Assembly (NCBI GenBank): GCA_963793265.1
Contig: CAWBZI010000006.1
Coordinates: forward strand, 448,001 to 512,000
Source: an uncultured cyanobacterium
Lineage (GTDB): Bacteria > Cyanobacteriota > Cyanobacteriia > Phormidesmidales > Phormidesmidaceae
Direction of reading: 5' to 3'
DNA length: 64,000 bases
The notes under the pieces: generated by a model
The model's input: the letters and a program-made list of their open reading frames with translations, nothing else
The model's database searches: none
Told to the model about the DNA's origin: nothing
Program-made: the position numbers and the translations under genes
In this document: piece after piece, positions 1 through 9,677 of the stretch
How positions within the stretch are numbered: the stretch's first letter is position 1
Layout: the number at the start of each line of letters is the position of its first letter

Positions 1-4
1 GCGA

Positions 5-910
5 ATGGCTTGGATACATATTATCTATCCGATCATGACTCACTTTCGGCGGCGGCGATTAGCCGGGCTGCTCAAGGCGTTTCCTGATTTAGAAAATTAT
101 TCAGTGTTAGATGTCGGCGGCAGACCCTTCATTTGGGATTTACTGAAGCTGCACTATGGCGTTAAACCCAAGCAGCTCGTCCTGCTCAACACGCCTTCAG
201 AAAATCAGCTTCCGCCATCGCCGGACTACACGGTCAAAATTGCAGACGGTCGCTATTTGCCCTACGCCGACAAAAGCTTTGATCTCGTATTTTCTAACTC
301 GGTGATTGAGCACGTGGGTAACGAGGCGCACATGGCCCAGTTTGCTGAAGAGTGCACGCGCGTAGGCCGCGAACTCTATATCCAAACGCCTAACCGTTGG
401 TTTCCACTAGAAGCTCACTTCGGCGCGGCCTTTGTCCACTGGCTACCCAGAAAGTGGTACTACCGATTCTCTTTCCTCTCCATGCGCTACTTCTTCGCGC
501 GCAACAACCCTATCGAAAAAAAATACTTTCAACAGGAGTTTGACACCACTCTGTTGCTTTCTAAAAGGCAGATGCGCAGGCTCTTTCCCAACCAGACTAT
601 CTCAGGAGAGAAGTTCTTAGGACTCACAAAGTCTTTTATTGTAACCAGCAAGTCTAAGCGATCGCCCGCAACCGCTTCTTACCGAGCGCGCGTAAAGCAG
701 CCTGCTGTGGTGCCCAGCTTCAGCGTTCCAACCTTAGGCATTCAGGCCATGGAAGCGCAGGCGCTAGACATTCAGGCTCAAGAAATTCAGCCGATAGAAA
801 TTCAGGCCCTAGAAGCTCACATCCCAGACATTCAATCTACCGAAAACCAACCGCCTGCAAGACCCTTGCGCCTGAGCGACCCCTCTGAAGTGAGGCTACG
901 CGCGAGCTAA
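5..910 (+). CDS. Class I SAM-dependent methyltransferase (type 11-like) with a low-complexity C-terminal tail
   Basis: VLDVGG motif I, ADGRYLPYADKSFDLVFSNSVIEHV, QTPNRWFPLE. Tail carries IQAxE-like pentapeptide repeats. The true start may lie upstream of the window. Confidence 0.8.
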   Translation: MAWIHIIYPIMTHFRRRRLAGLLKAFPDLENYSVLDVGGRPFIWDLLKLHYGVKPKQLVLLNTPSENQLPPSPDYTVKIADGRYLPYADKSFDLVFSNSVIEHVGNEAHMAQFAEECTRVGRELYIQTPNRWFPLEAHFGAAFVHWLPRKWYYRFSFLSMRYFFARNNPIEKKYFQQEFDTTLLLSKRQMRRLFPNQTISGEKFLGLTKSFIVTSKSKRSPATASYRARVKQPAVVPSFSVPTLGIQAMEAQALDIQAQEIQPIEIQALEAHIPDIQSTENQPPARPLRLSDPSEVRLRAS

Positions 911-2004
911 CGAACGCGCGCGCCTCGGTAGCGCATCTGGCTTCTGGCCGCAGAACGCTGCGCAAAGTTCGGCATATCGCCCTGATGGCCCATAATCATA
1001 ATGGCGTCGTTCACCTGGAGCACTTCTTCATGGCTCGGGTGAATTAGCACAGTGCCATCGGCTCGCTTAAGCGCGACAATAATAAAGGTGCCTTTGCTGT
1101 TGTTTTCAACCTCACCAATCGCGCGCCTGAGCAGCGGCGACTCAGGCGAAACGAGCAGCTCATTTACCTGAATGTCAATTTCAGCGAGCAGCGCGTTCAA
1201 ATTTGCCCGACCGTCATCTTGCGCAATAAAGTTCACCGCGTTTGGATGAGAGATCAGGTGCGCCATCCGCAGCGCCCCAATTGTCGCCGGTAGCACGACC
1301 TGATCGGCCCCCGCAAGCCGCAGCTTTTTCTCAGACGATGGCAGCGTGCCTCTGGCGATCACCATCAGCTTAGGATTTAGCTCACGAGCCGTAAGGCTAA
1401 TAAAAACGTTAGCCGCATCGTTGGGCAAAACAGTGGCCAGTGCCCGAGCGCGATCGATACCGACGGCCTGTAGCTGATTTTCGTCGGTAGCATCGCCCAC
1501 ATAGGTAAGATGACCCTGCTCTTCAGCAACGCTCATCAGCTCAGGGTCGTAATCTAAAATAATGAAGCTTTGACCGTCTTCTTTGAGCTTTTGCGTCAGC
1601 ATTTGGCCCATCCGGCCATAGCCACACACAATTACATGATTATTGAGGTTCTGAATTTCTTGGGTCATTTGCCTAGTGTGAAGGGCCCGGCGAATTTCGC
1701 CTTCGGTCACCATTTGCACAAAGCCTGCAACGGTATAGGCCACCGACAGCGCCCCGGCAATAATCACCAATATAGTAAATATTCGCAGGCTAGCGGTATC
1801 GAGGGGTCGCACTTCGCCGTAGCCGACGCCAAAGATGGTGATGACCACCATGTAAATGGCTTCGAGTAAATGCCAGCCAGCGAGCATGTATCCAATCACA
1901 GCCACCACGATGGTGATTGCAAAGAAGAGGATACCGGCTGAGACACGCTGAAATGAGTTTTGAATAGGCGATCGCAATCGGTTAGCTACTTGAAACGACT
2001 GCAC
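907..2004 (-). CDS. Potassium channel protein (2TM pore + TrkA-N/TrkA-C RCK domains)
   Basis: Selectivity filter TIFGVGYGEV between two hydrophobic helices; RCK motif VIVCGYGRMG; GDAT motif. Confidence 0.9.
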   Translation of the reverse strand: MQSFQVANRLRSPIQNSFQRVSAGILFFAITIVVAVIGYMLAGWHLLEAIYMVVITIFGVGYGEVRPLDTASLRIFTILVIIAGALSVAYTVAGFVQMVTEGEIRRALHTRQMTQEIQNLNNHVIVCGYGRMGQMLTQKLKEDGQSFIILDYDPELMSVAEEQGHLTYVGDATDENQLQAVGIDRARALATVLPNDAANVFISLTARELNPKLMVIARGTLPSSEKKLRLAGADQVVLPATIGALRMAHLISHPNAVNFIAQDDGRANLNALLAEIDIQVNELLVSPESPLLRRAIGEVENNSKGTFIIVALKRADGTVLIHPSHEEVLQVNDAIMIMGHQGDMPNFAQRSAARSQMRYRGARVR

Positions 2005-2130
2005 AACATCTTACTAGGCAAGCTGGTTACCGGCAGTAGTAGGCGTAACACTAGAGATTTACTGATACCCCGGCTCTCTGTCAATTCTGAGTCGCTACAG
2101 TAAAATCCATGGAGCTACTGTAATTGCCCT

Positions 2131-3456
2131 ATGCCGCTCGACTTACCCCGCTTTTATCGCGCTGCCAATCCTAGTCGTCCTTTAAAGGTAGCGCAGCCTG
2201 AAGACCGGCGGTATTACATTGATTTTTCTTCGGTAAGAGGGGGCGATATTGTCAGCGAGCTGGGGCGGACGGTTGTGCGGCTTTCGCCGGATGAGCCGAC
2301 AACGCAGCTATTTACCGGGCATATTGGCTGTGGTAAATCGACGGAGCTGTTTCGGCTAAAGGGCGGCCTAGAACAACAGAATTTTCATGTGGTTTATTTT
2401 GAGTCAGATCGGGACTTGGAAATGGCCGATGTGGATATTAGCGATATTTTGCTGATGATTGCCCATCAGGTGACAGAAAGTATGGAGGCGGTGGGCGTTC
2501 GGCTACGGCCTACGTACTTAGAGGCGCTGTTTAAGAATTTGTTGGAAGCGCTGCGATCGCCCCTAGAAATCAGTGACGTTAGCTTCTCAGTCGGCATTGC
2601 TGCGATTACCGCCCGCGCTAAAGAAAGCCCCGAAATGCGTAGTCAGCTCAGACAGTATCTAGAACCGCGCACTAAGGGCATTATTGACGCTATTAATGAA
2701 GAAATTTTGGAAGCGGCCAACGCTCAGCTCAAAGAGCAGGGCAAAAATGGCCTGGTGGTGATCGTCGATAATTTGGATCGCATTGATCCAATTAGCCGGG
2801 CGAACGGGCGCAGTCAGTCGGAATATTTATTTATCGATCGAGGCGAGCAGCTAAAGCGGCTGAACGCGCATGTGGTGTATACGATTCCGCTGGCGCTAAT
2901 TTTTTCGGACGAGCTGCCGCGTTTGGCCAATCGGTTTGGCACGTCACCAAAGCTGCTGGCGATGGTGCCAGTAAGTACGCGGACGGGAGAACCACTGCCG
3001 AGGGGGCGATCGCTCCTGCAAAAAATGGTGATGGCTCGCGCTTTTCCGACGCTCAAAGAAAGCGATCGCTGGCAGCAAATTAATCAGGTGTTCGACACGC
3101 CCGACACGCTGATGCGCCTGGTTGCAATTAGCGGCGGGCACATGCGAAACCTGATGCGCCTACTGTACGGCTGTTTGCAAAAAGGCGATCCGCCGATTCG
3201 TAAAGAAACGCTAGAAGCCGTCATTCGTGATGAACGCGACGCGCTAATGAGCCTGATTGACGCAACTGATTGGGCGCTGCTATTTGAGGCGATTAGTATG
3301 GGTGACGAACAGGGCAACGCCGGTTACAATCCGCTCTTGCGCAGCTTGTTTTTGTATGAATATCGAGATGCAGAAGGGCGCTGGTTTGGGCTAAATCCGG
3401 TGCTGGCAGAGACGAATCGCTACCGGCAGTGGCAGGCCAATCGAGGCGAGCGTTAG
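2131..3456 (+). CDS. P-loop ATPase (KAP/STAND-like), partner of the downstream WD40 protein
   Basis: Walker A FTGHIGCGKSTEL, Walker B LVVIVDNLDR, SGGHMR motif. Confidence 0.8.
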   Translation: MPLDLPRFYRAANPSRPLKVAQPEDRRYYIDFSSVRGGDIVSELGRTVVRLSPDEPTTQLFTGHIGCGKSTELFRLKGGLEQQNFHVVYFESDRDLEMADVDISDILLMIAHQVTESMEAVGVRLRPTYLEALFKNLLEALRSPLEISDVSFSVGIAAITARAKESPEMRSQLRQYLEPRTKGIIDAINEEILEAANAQLKEQGKNGLVVIVDNLDRIDPISRANGRSQSEYLFIDRGEQLKRLNAHVVYTIPLALIFSDELPRLANRFGTSPKLLAMVPVSTRTGEPLPRGRSLLQKMVMARAFPTLKESDRWQQINQVFDTPDTLMRLVAISGGHMRNLMRLLYGCLQKGDPPIRKETLEAVIRDERDALMSLIDATDWALLFEAISMGDEQGNAGYNPLLRSLFLYEYRDAEGRWFGLNPVLAETNRYRQWQANRGER

Positions 3457-3532
3457 ATAGGGTGATAGCCGGAGCGATAGAATACAGACGCGCCCCGCCC
3501 ACCGCTCCTAGATATACATGGGCTAGAGAGAT

Positions 3533-6500
3533 ATGGTCACTGAGCAGCATCTAGATATTGTCACCTACAACAAAAACGCACTCAACAACCTCCGACGGGC
3601 TGTGGTCTTAGGTCAGGGGCAGTTTTCGCTGGTGCTCGCGCGGGTGAACTATCAGCAGCTTCGAGAGATTCTGATTGAGGAACTAAGCGAGCAGTTGCAG
3701 CTCAGCATCGTGCCTTTACCCCCAACGACGACGCGGCTAAGAGCAGCGATCGCAACCGCCCTCGAAACGGATCTCCCCGCCGCCGTCCGTTCTATCGGTC
3801 AAAACCCGCCAGCCCAGGCGATCATGGTCACTGGTCTAGAAGACATTCACCCCGTTCAGCTCGAAGACTTGTTGAAAGCTGCGAACTTAGGCCGAGATGA
3901 TTTGCCTAAAACCTTCGAGACGCCCGTGGTGCTATGGGTGAACGACACCCTTTTGCAACAGCTCAACCGCTTCGCCCCTGATCTCAAAAGCTTCGCCGCT
4001 ACGCCGATTCGATTTGAATATCCGGTGGGCTCACTAATTGATGTTTTGGCAGAGCAGGCCGCTGAAACCTTTGCAAGGGTTTTGAATGGTACCCATGAGC
4101 TGGGCAACCGATTCAACACGTATGTGCCCGCACCGCTTTCTAGCGAGGAGCTGTCTTTTGCTTTAGCGCAGGTTGAAAGCCAAGAACAGTTAGTTAGTGA
4201 CGATTTGCTCGCTGATTTGTTGTTTTTGCAGGGGCGAAATCTACATCAGCAGAGCGAGCCTATTGTTAATTTAGAGCGGGCGCGCAGCTACTACGAAAGC
4301 AGCCTGGCCTATTGGAAGCAGCAGAGATCGCGAGATAAACAGGCCGTTTTGCACTTTCATTTGGGCATGTGGTGGCGTAGCTATGCGCTGAAAACGACGC
4401 GGCCTGAGGAAGCAGACTACACTGCATTTTGTGAGCGATCGCGAGATTATTTTGAGGCCATGCTGACTATTTTTCGTCAGCAGAACCAGCGCGTTCGCCT
4501 GGCCCACTTCATTTTAGTCCTAGCAGAAATCTTGCAGCGGCTCAAAAGCTGGCCTGCACTCTCAGCGATCGCACAAGAAGCCGTAAACCTGCATCAGTCT
4601 CCAGCCGATGCAATCTACCTGGCTCGCGACTATGGCTACCTGGCCGAAGTCGCCCTGGCCCACTACGAAGCCGACCCCCATCCTGACTACTTGAGTGAAG
4701 CCGCAGGGTACGCGCAGCAGGCGATTGACATCGCTGATGCGCTGTTAGAACAATCGCTTGTAGAGAAAAGCAGCGATCGCAGAACAGCAGGCACAAACCT
4801 GCTGACGCTCTCTCACGCACATACCCAACAAAGCGAGGATAAAAGCAACAGTTGGCACGAACAAAACGTACTCCGATATCACCGAGCCTGCTACCTATAC
4901 TTGCTTGCTACCGCGCAACAGCAGCAGCACCAAATAACCCCTGCGCTTGAAAACTTAGAGAAAGCGCGTCAGGCCACAAACGCCCGCACCGATCTCACGC
5001 TCTATCGCCAAATCTTAGACCGTTTATGGCACCTTTACTATGAGCATAAGCACTACGCTCAAGCCTTTGAAGTCAAGCTGGCCCAGCGGCGTATAGAAAG
5101 TCTTTTTGGGCTGAGGGCATTTATTGGGGCGGGTCAGCTTCGGCCAGCCAGAGCCAGCGATCCTATTTTGACCGCTGAGATTAAAGCCTCAGGAAGAGAA
5201 CAAGATATTGAGGCGGTAGCGAATCGACTTTCGCAGCCACGCTACCCGGTCGTCGTGATTCACGGTCAGTCAGGTGTAGGCAAAAGTTCTACGATTTGCG
5301 CGGGGCTAATTCCTCGCCTCAGAAAGCTAATCAGTGAAGGTCGCACAACCTGTCCTGCGTTGGTTAAGAGCTATAGCCGCTGGCCGGAGCAACTAGAGCT
5401 TGCACTCACGCCAGGGAATCGGGCGAGTGATAGTTTGGCGGCTGATGATACTGACGTAGATCGGCCTTCATCGCAATATCTGATAGAGAAAATCGAAGCG
5501 CTGACGCGTCAGAAGTATCAACAGATTGTCTTGATTTTCGATCAGTTTGAAGACTTTTTTTATGAGTATCCTGTGATTGAGCAGCGGCGAGACTTTTATG
5601 CCTTTTTGCGCGACTGTCTCAATCTACCTTATGTGAAAGTTGTGCTCTCACTCAGAGAAGACTTTTTGCACTACTTATTAGAGTGGGATCGCAATGCAGA
5701 TCTGAGCATTATTGACAATGACATTTTGAGCAAAGAGATTCGCTATTACATTGGCAACTTTATGCCTAAGGCGGCTGAAATGGTGATTCGGCAGCTTACT
5801 CAGGCGGCAGGCTTTTACTTAGAAGATGGACTGGTTACAGCGCTGGTAGACGATTTAGCGGCTGATACGGGAGAGGTGCGTCCGATTGAGTTGCAGGTGG
5901 TGGGCGCGCAGCTACAAAGAGAGAAGATTACGAGCTTGGAGGCGTACCGGCAGTTGGGGCGATCGCCTAAAAGTCAGCTTCTCAAAAACTTTCTAGATAA
6001 CGTCATCCACGACTGCGGCCCTGAAAATAGCGTTGTGGCCCAGTCCGTACTTTATCTGCTGAGTGAAGGCGAAGGTCGCCCGCTCAAAAGCCATTCAGAG
6101 ATAGAAGAGGCGCTGACCTTTGCAGATATTGCCAGCGAACCGCAACAGCTTCAGCTCGTGTTGGATATTCTGATTGGCTCGGGTCTTATTTTTGAGGTGC
6201 CTGAAGTGTCGGGTGTGCGCTATCAGCTTGTGCATGAATATTTGGCGAGCCTGGTACAGCAGCAGCCACCTTCAGGGCTTAACGGGCTGATGGAAGCGTT
6301 GCAAACTGAGCGCAGTCGTAGAGAACAGAGTGAAACGCAGCTTGAAGCCGTTTTGGCGAATCAGTCGGCGGTGACATCGGCGTCTTTGCAGCAAACGGCG
6401 CTGGCCAAGGAGAAAGCTCAGATCGCAGAGATTAGAGGGCTGGTGTCGGTGGCACGCTCAATGCGGCTGTCAGGGAATGGGCTCGGGGCGATCGCGAAAG

Positions 6501-8500
6501 CCCTTCGCGCAGCGCAGCAGGTGCTAGACCATCAAAGCGACCATGCGCTGCTGAAAATGCAGGTGGCCCTGTGCCTTCACGCCTGCCTAAAAGAAATTAG
6601 AGAGAAAAACGAACTTTGCGATCATAACAACTGGGTGCTGGCGGTGGATTGCGGTTTGAGTGCGATCGCCTCAGCGAGCGATGACGGTACGATTAAACTA
6701 TGGAGCCTCAATGGAGAACTTCAGCGCACCCTGACAGAGCATCAGGCAGGCGTGTTAGACGTTCGCTTTAGCCCAGACGGACAATATCTCGCCAGCGCTA
6801 GCCTGGATCACACCATTCGCCTATGGCACACTAACGGCGACTTTTTGTGCACCCTAGAAACGCCCTCAGCCAGCGTCACGAGCATTGCCTTTAGCCCGAC
6901 AGAACCTTTGATAGCCGCCGCTTACAGCGATTCTCATATCCGCCTATGGAACTATCTAGACGGTGAGTTAGTACGCACGCTAAAAGGACATGAAGACTGG
7001 GCGAGAACGGTGGCCTTTAGCCCGGATGGAGAGCGGCTCGCTACGGGCAGCGAAGATCAGACAGTGAGAATATGGCACGTAGATGGTGAGCTGTTGCACG
7101 TGTTGCGAGGGCATCAGGGGTGGGTGAGAACGGTGGCCTTTAGCCCGGATGGAAAGCTGTTGCTTTCGGCGGGAGACACAAATACGCTGCGGCTGTGGAG
7201 TGCGGAAGGCCGTAAGCTAAAAACGCTTTATGGGCATGAGGACTGGGTGCGCAGTGTGGCCTTTAGCCCGGATGGTCAAAGCATTGCCTCGGGCAGTGAC
7301 GATCAAACAATCAGGGTTTGGGGGATTGAGGGTACGGTACAACAAACCTTTCATCAAAGGAGTAGTGTGCACAGTATTGCCTGGAGCGCTGATGGCGGCT
7401 CGATTGTATCGGGGGGTGATGACGATCGGGTGCATATTTGGCAGCTAGCCGGGCCACCGGAGACGATTTGTCGGGCGCATTCGGGGATTGTGTGGAGCGG
7501 TCGCTGGCAAAGTGCGATCGCTGATGAGCCCCGGAAAGTATTGTCGGCGGGTGGTGACGGCACCATCAAAATTTGGAGCGCACAAGCAGAGTTGTTGAAA
7601 TCCATCGACGGCCATCGGCGCGGGGTGCACAGCGTTGCTTGGAGCCCGAAAGGAGACTTTTTTGCCTCGGCCAGTGCTGATTTGACGGTGAGGGTTTGGA
7701 CTGAGGATGGGGGGTTTGTGCGATCGCTGACCGGGCATGAGGCGTCTGTGTGGCAGGTGGGCTATAGCCCTGATGGCAGTCGGATAGCGTCGGTAAGTAG
7801 CGATCGCACCCTGCGCCTGTGGCACCCCAAAGGCAAACTCATCAAAACCTACGAGGGCCACACCGATACCATTTGGCACGTCAGCTTTAGCCCCAATTCT
7901 GAGCATCTCATTACTGCTAGCGAAGACAATACTTTGCGCCTGTGGCATCGCAAGAAGGGATTGGTGCAAACGCTTACCGGCCACGATGGCGGCGTTTGGT
8001 GCGCTATCTTTAGTCCGAACGGTCAGTTTTTGGCCTCTGGTGGCGCTGATGGTGTAATTCGCCTGTGGACGGTGAGCTGGCTGGGTCAGCAGCAGATTCG
8101 GATAGAGCCGAATCCTTTGCAGCTTAAGGGGCATCGCGACTGGGTGCGCAGCCTTAGATTTAGTCCGAATGGTGAGTTTTTGGCGTCTGCGAGTGACGAT
8201 GGGACTGTGCGGCTGTGGTCGCTATTGCCAAAGACCGTGGCGGCTCCTGGATTTGCGGCGCTGAGCGCTGATGATATTACTGAGAATAGTCAGCTTTTGC
8301 CACCGTTGATAGGGCATGAGGGCGTGATTTGGGAGGTAGATTTTGATGCGGCTGGTGAGCGGCTGGTGACGGCGAGTGCGGATGGTACGGTGAGGATTTG
8401 GGATCTGCGGCTGGGGGCGCTGATAGGGAAGGGATGTGAGTGGTTGGAGGATTGGCTGGTGGCGCGGCCTGAGGTGAGGGAGCAGCTTTGTGGGAAGTGA
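3533..8500 (+). CDS. Large NLR-like protein: N-terminal domain, TPR-like helices, STAND (nSTAND1-like) NTPase, about 14 WD40 repeats
   Basis: Walker A HGQSGVGKSS, Walker B VLIFDQFEDFF, LSLREDFL, PIELQVVG; many GH...V.FSPDG..LAS.S.D.T.RLW repeats. Confidence 0.88.
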   Translation: MVTEQHLDIVTYNKNALNNLRRAVVLGQGQFSLVLARVNYQQLREILIEELSEQLQLSIVPLPPTTTRLRAAIATALETDLPAAVRSIGQNPPAQAIMVTGLEDIHPVQLEDLLKAANLGRDDLPKTFETPVVLWVNDTLLQQLNRFAPDLKSFAATPIRFEYPVGSLIDVLAEQAAETFARVLNGTHELGNRFNTYVPAPLSSEELSFALAQVESQEQLVSDDLLADLLFLQGRNLHQQSEPIVNLERARSYYESSLAYWKQQRSRDKQAVLHFHLGMWWRSYALKTTRPEEADYTAFCERSRDYFEAMLTIFRQQNQRVRLAHFILVLAEILQRLKSWPALSAIAQEAVNLHQSPADAIYLARDYGYLAEVALAHYEADPHPDYLSEAAGYAQQAIDIADALLEQSLVEKSSDRRTAGTNLLTLSHAHTQQSEDKSNSWHEQNVLRYHRACYLYLLATAQQQQHQITPALENLEKARQATNARTDLTLYRQILDRLWHLYYEHKHYAQAFEVKLAQRRIESLFGLRAFIGAGQLRPARASDPILTAEIKASGREQDIEAVANRLSQPRYPVVVIHGQSGVGKSSTICAGLIPRLRKLISEGRTTCPALVKSYSRWPEQLELALTPGNRASDSLAADDTDVDRPSSQYLIEKIEALTRQKYQQIVLIFDQFEDFFYEYPVIEQRRDFYAFLRDCLNLPYVKVVLSLREDFLHYLLEWDRNADLSIIDNDILSKEIRYYIGNFMPKAAEMVIRQLTQAAGFYLEDGLVTALVDDLAADTGEVRPIELQVVGAQLQREKITSLEAYRQLGRSPKSQLLKNFLDNVIHDCGPENSVVAQSVLYLLSEGEGRPLKSHSEIEEALTFADIASEPQQLQLVLDILIGSGLIFEVPEVSGVRYQLVHEYLASLVQQQPPSGLNGLMEALQTERSRREQSETQLEAVLANQSAVTSASLQQTALAKEKAQIAEIRGLVSVARSMRLSGNGLGAIAKALRAAQQVLDHQSDHALLKMQVALCLHACLKEIREKNELCDHNNWVLAVDCGLSAIASASDDGTIKLWSLNGELQRTLTEHQAGVLDVRFSPDGQYLASASLDHTIRLWHTNGDFLCTLETPSASVTSIAFSPTEPLIAAAYSDSHIRLWNYLDGELVRTLKGHEDWARTVAFSPDGERLATGSEDQTVRIWHVDGELLHVLRGHQGWVRTVAFSPDGKLLLSAGDTNTLRLWSAEGRKLKTLYGHEDWVRSVAFSPDGQSIASGSDDQTIRVWGIEGTVQQTFHQRSSVHSIAWSADGGSIVSGGDDDRVHIWQLAGPPETICRAHSGIVWSGRWQSAIADEPRKVLSAGGDGTIKIWSAQAELLKSIDGHRRGVHSVAWSPKGDFFASASADLTVRVWTEDGGFVRSLTGHEASVWQVGYSPDGSRIASVSSDRTLRLWHPKGKLIKTYEGHTDTIWHVSFSPNSEHLITASEDNTLRLWHRKKGLVQTLTGHDGGVWCAIFSPNGQFLASGGADGVIRLWTVSWLGQQQIRIEPNPLQLKGHRDWVRSLRFSPNGEFLASASDDGTVRLWSLLPKTVAAPGFAALSADDITENSQLLPPLIGHEGVIWEVDFDAAGERLVTASADGTVRIWDLRLGALIGKGCEWLEDWLVARPEVREQLCGK

Positions 8501-8713
8501 ATTGCTTGCGGGCGGGGGCGTTTTTTGGCAAAGTGAAGCGAGTGCGAATTTCCTGGGAGGTTTGCCAAAACGTCAGAACCTTGACAATTCAATAGTTTTG
8601 AGGTTTTCTGTGCAGGGGCAAGGTGTTATTAGGCCGTCGTTTTTTATGAAAATTACGACCTTTGCCAAAACCTGTGTTGAAGGCCAGCGATATCAGCTAC
8701 TCTAGAGGGCGGC
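8501..8713 (+). promoter_or_regulatory. CRISPR leader (type I-D-like)
   Basis: Non-coding and directly 5' of repeat 1. Contains TTTGCCAAAA at 8561-8570 and 8661-8670, an inverted copy at 8523-8532, and TTGACA at 8581-8586. Confidence 0.75.
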
Positions 8714-9486
8714 GACGCCAAACCCAAATCCCGACTTTCGGGACTGAAACCACTCATTCTTTTAGGTCTGCTGCTATTTACGAACAGACGCCAAACCCAA
8801 ATCCCGACTTTCGGGACTGAAACCAACCGGCTAGCTGAGTCAACCAATGCTGCTGCGCCTGCTGGGACGCCAAACCCAAATCCCGACTTTCGGGACTGAA
8901 ACGCAGCGTCTGTGCCGTGGATAAACTCAAACGAACAGGACGCCAAACCCAAATCCCGACTTTCGGGACTGAAACTCGTCGGGGTCTATGCAGGCTTTCG
9001 CCGCTATCGCCGACGCCAAACCCAAATCCCGACTTTCGGGACTGAAACTTGTCAAAAGCATTTAGAGAATAGATAACCCAGTCTTCAGGACGCCAAACCC
9101 AAATCCCGACTTTCGGGACTGAAACCGGCAGCAGGGCGATCACCTCTCTCAGGCCATCTAGACGCCAAACCCAAATCCCGACTTTCGGGACTGAAACCCT
9201 GACACTGCATCAGCGAGTGGCCCCAAGTCGACGCCAAACCCAAATCCCGACTTTCGGGACTGAAACAAATCTTCGTAGGCCACCTTAACAGCGGCCTGCA
9301 TTAGGACGCCAAACCCAAATCCCGACTTTCGGGACTGAAACGAGAGCATTTATTACCTATGACGGCAGATTTGATAGACGCCAAACCCAAATCCCGACTT
9401 TCGGGACTGAAACTACCCCTGGGTCATTCCCTGACGGATATAAGCCGGGGACGCCAAACCCAAATCCCGACTTTCGGGACTGAAAC
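8714..9486 (+). CRISPR. CRISPR array, 11 identical 37-bp repeats GACGCCAAACCCAAATCCCGACTTTCGGGACTGAAAC and 10 unique spacers
   Basis: Repeats start at 8714, 8787, 8866, 8939, 9012, 9089, 9161, 9230, 9305, 9377, 9450. Spacers are 36, 42, 36, 36, 40, 35, 32, 38, 35, 36 bp. Stem TCCCGA/TCGGGA is followed by an ACTGAAAC handle. The 3' half resembles the Synechocystis I-D repeat. Confidence 0.98.
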
Positions 9487-9582
9487 ACTCAGGAGATCTC
9501 AGGACACAAAAGCTTGCAGGAGCTACAGCACTACTTAGAAGTGTTGCCTGAGCAGGTTGAGGATGAGATCGCACCATTATGA
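9487..9582 (+). pseudogene. C-terminal remnant of a tyrosine recombinase (phage integrase/XerCD-like)
   Basis: Reads TQEISGHKSLQELQHYLEVLPEQVEDEIAPL* starting at the first base after the last repeat. QEISGH...L..Y matches box II with the catalytic Tyr. Confidence 0.7.
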
Positions 9583-9677
9583 ATCTTATTTCAGGCTTGA
9601 CTTTACATAAGGTAGGCCAAGCAGCCTAGTCCACGCCACAAAATGTATTAGGATATCAGACACATCAAACACATAAG

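Noticed and set aside
7445..8134. 229-aa antisense ORF, and similar shadow ORFs at 19046-19543 and 34009-34503
   Set aside because: They lie opposite well-supported genes and show no motifs.
8824..8865. Spacer 2 partly resembles GCTGCGCCTGCTG near 56486-56498 (possible self-targeting)
   Set aside because: Only about 13 bp of low-complexity match; expected by chance.
8653..9349. Minus-strand ORFs with repeated FQSRKSGFGFGV
   Set aside because: These are translations of the CRISPR repeats, not genes.
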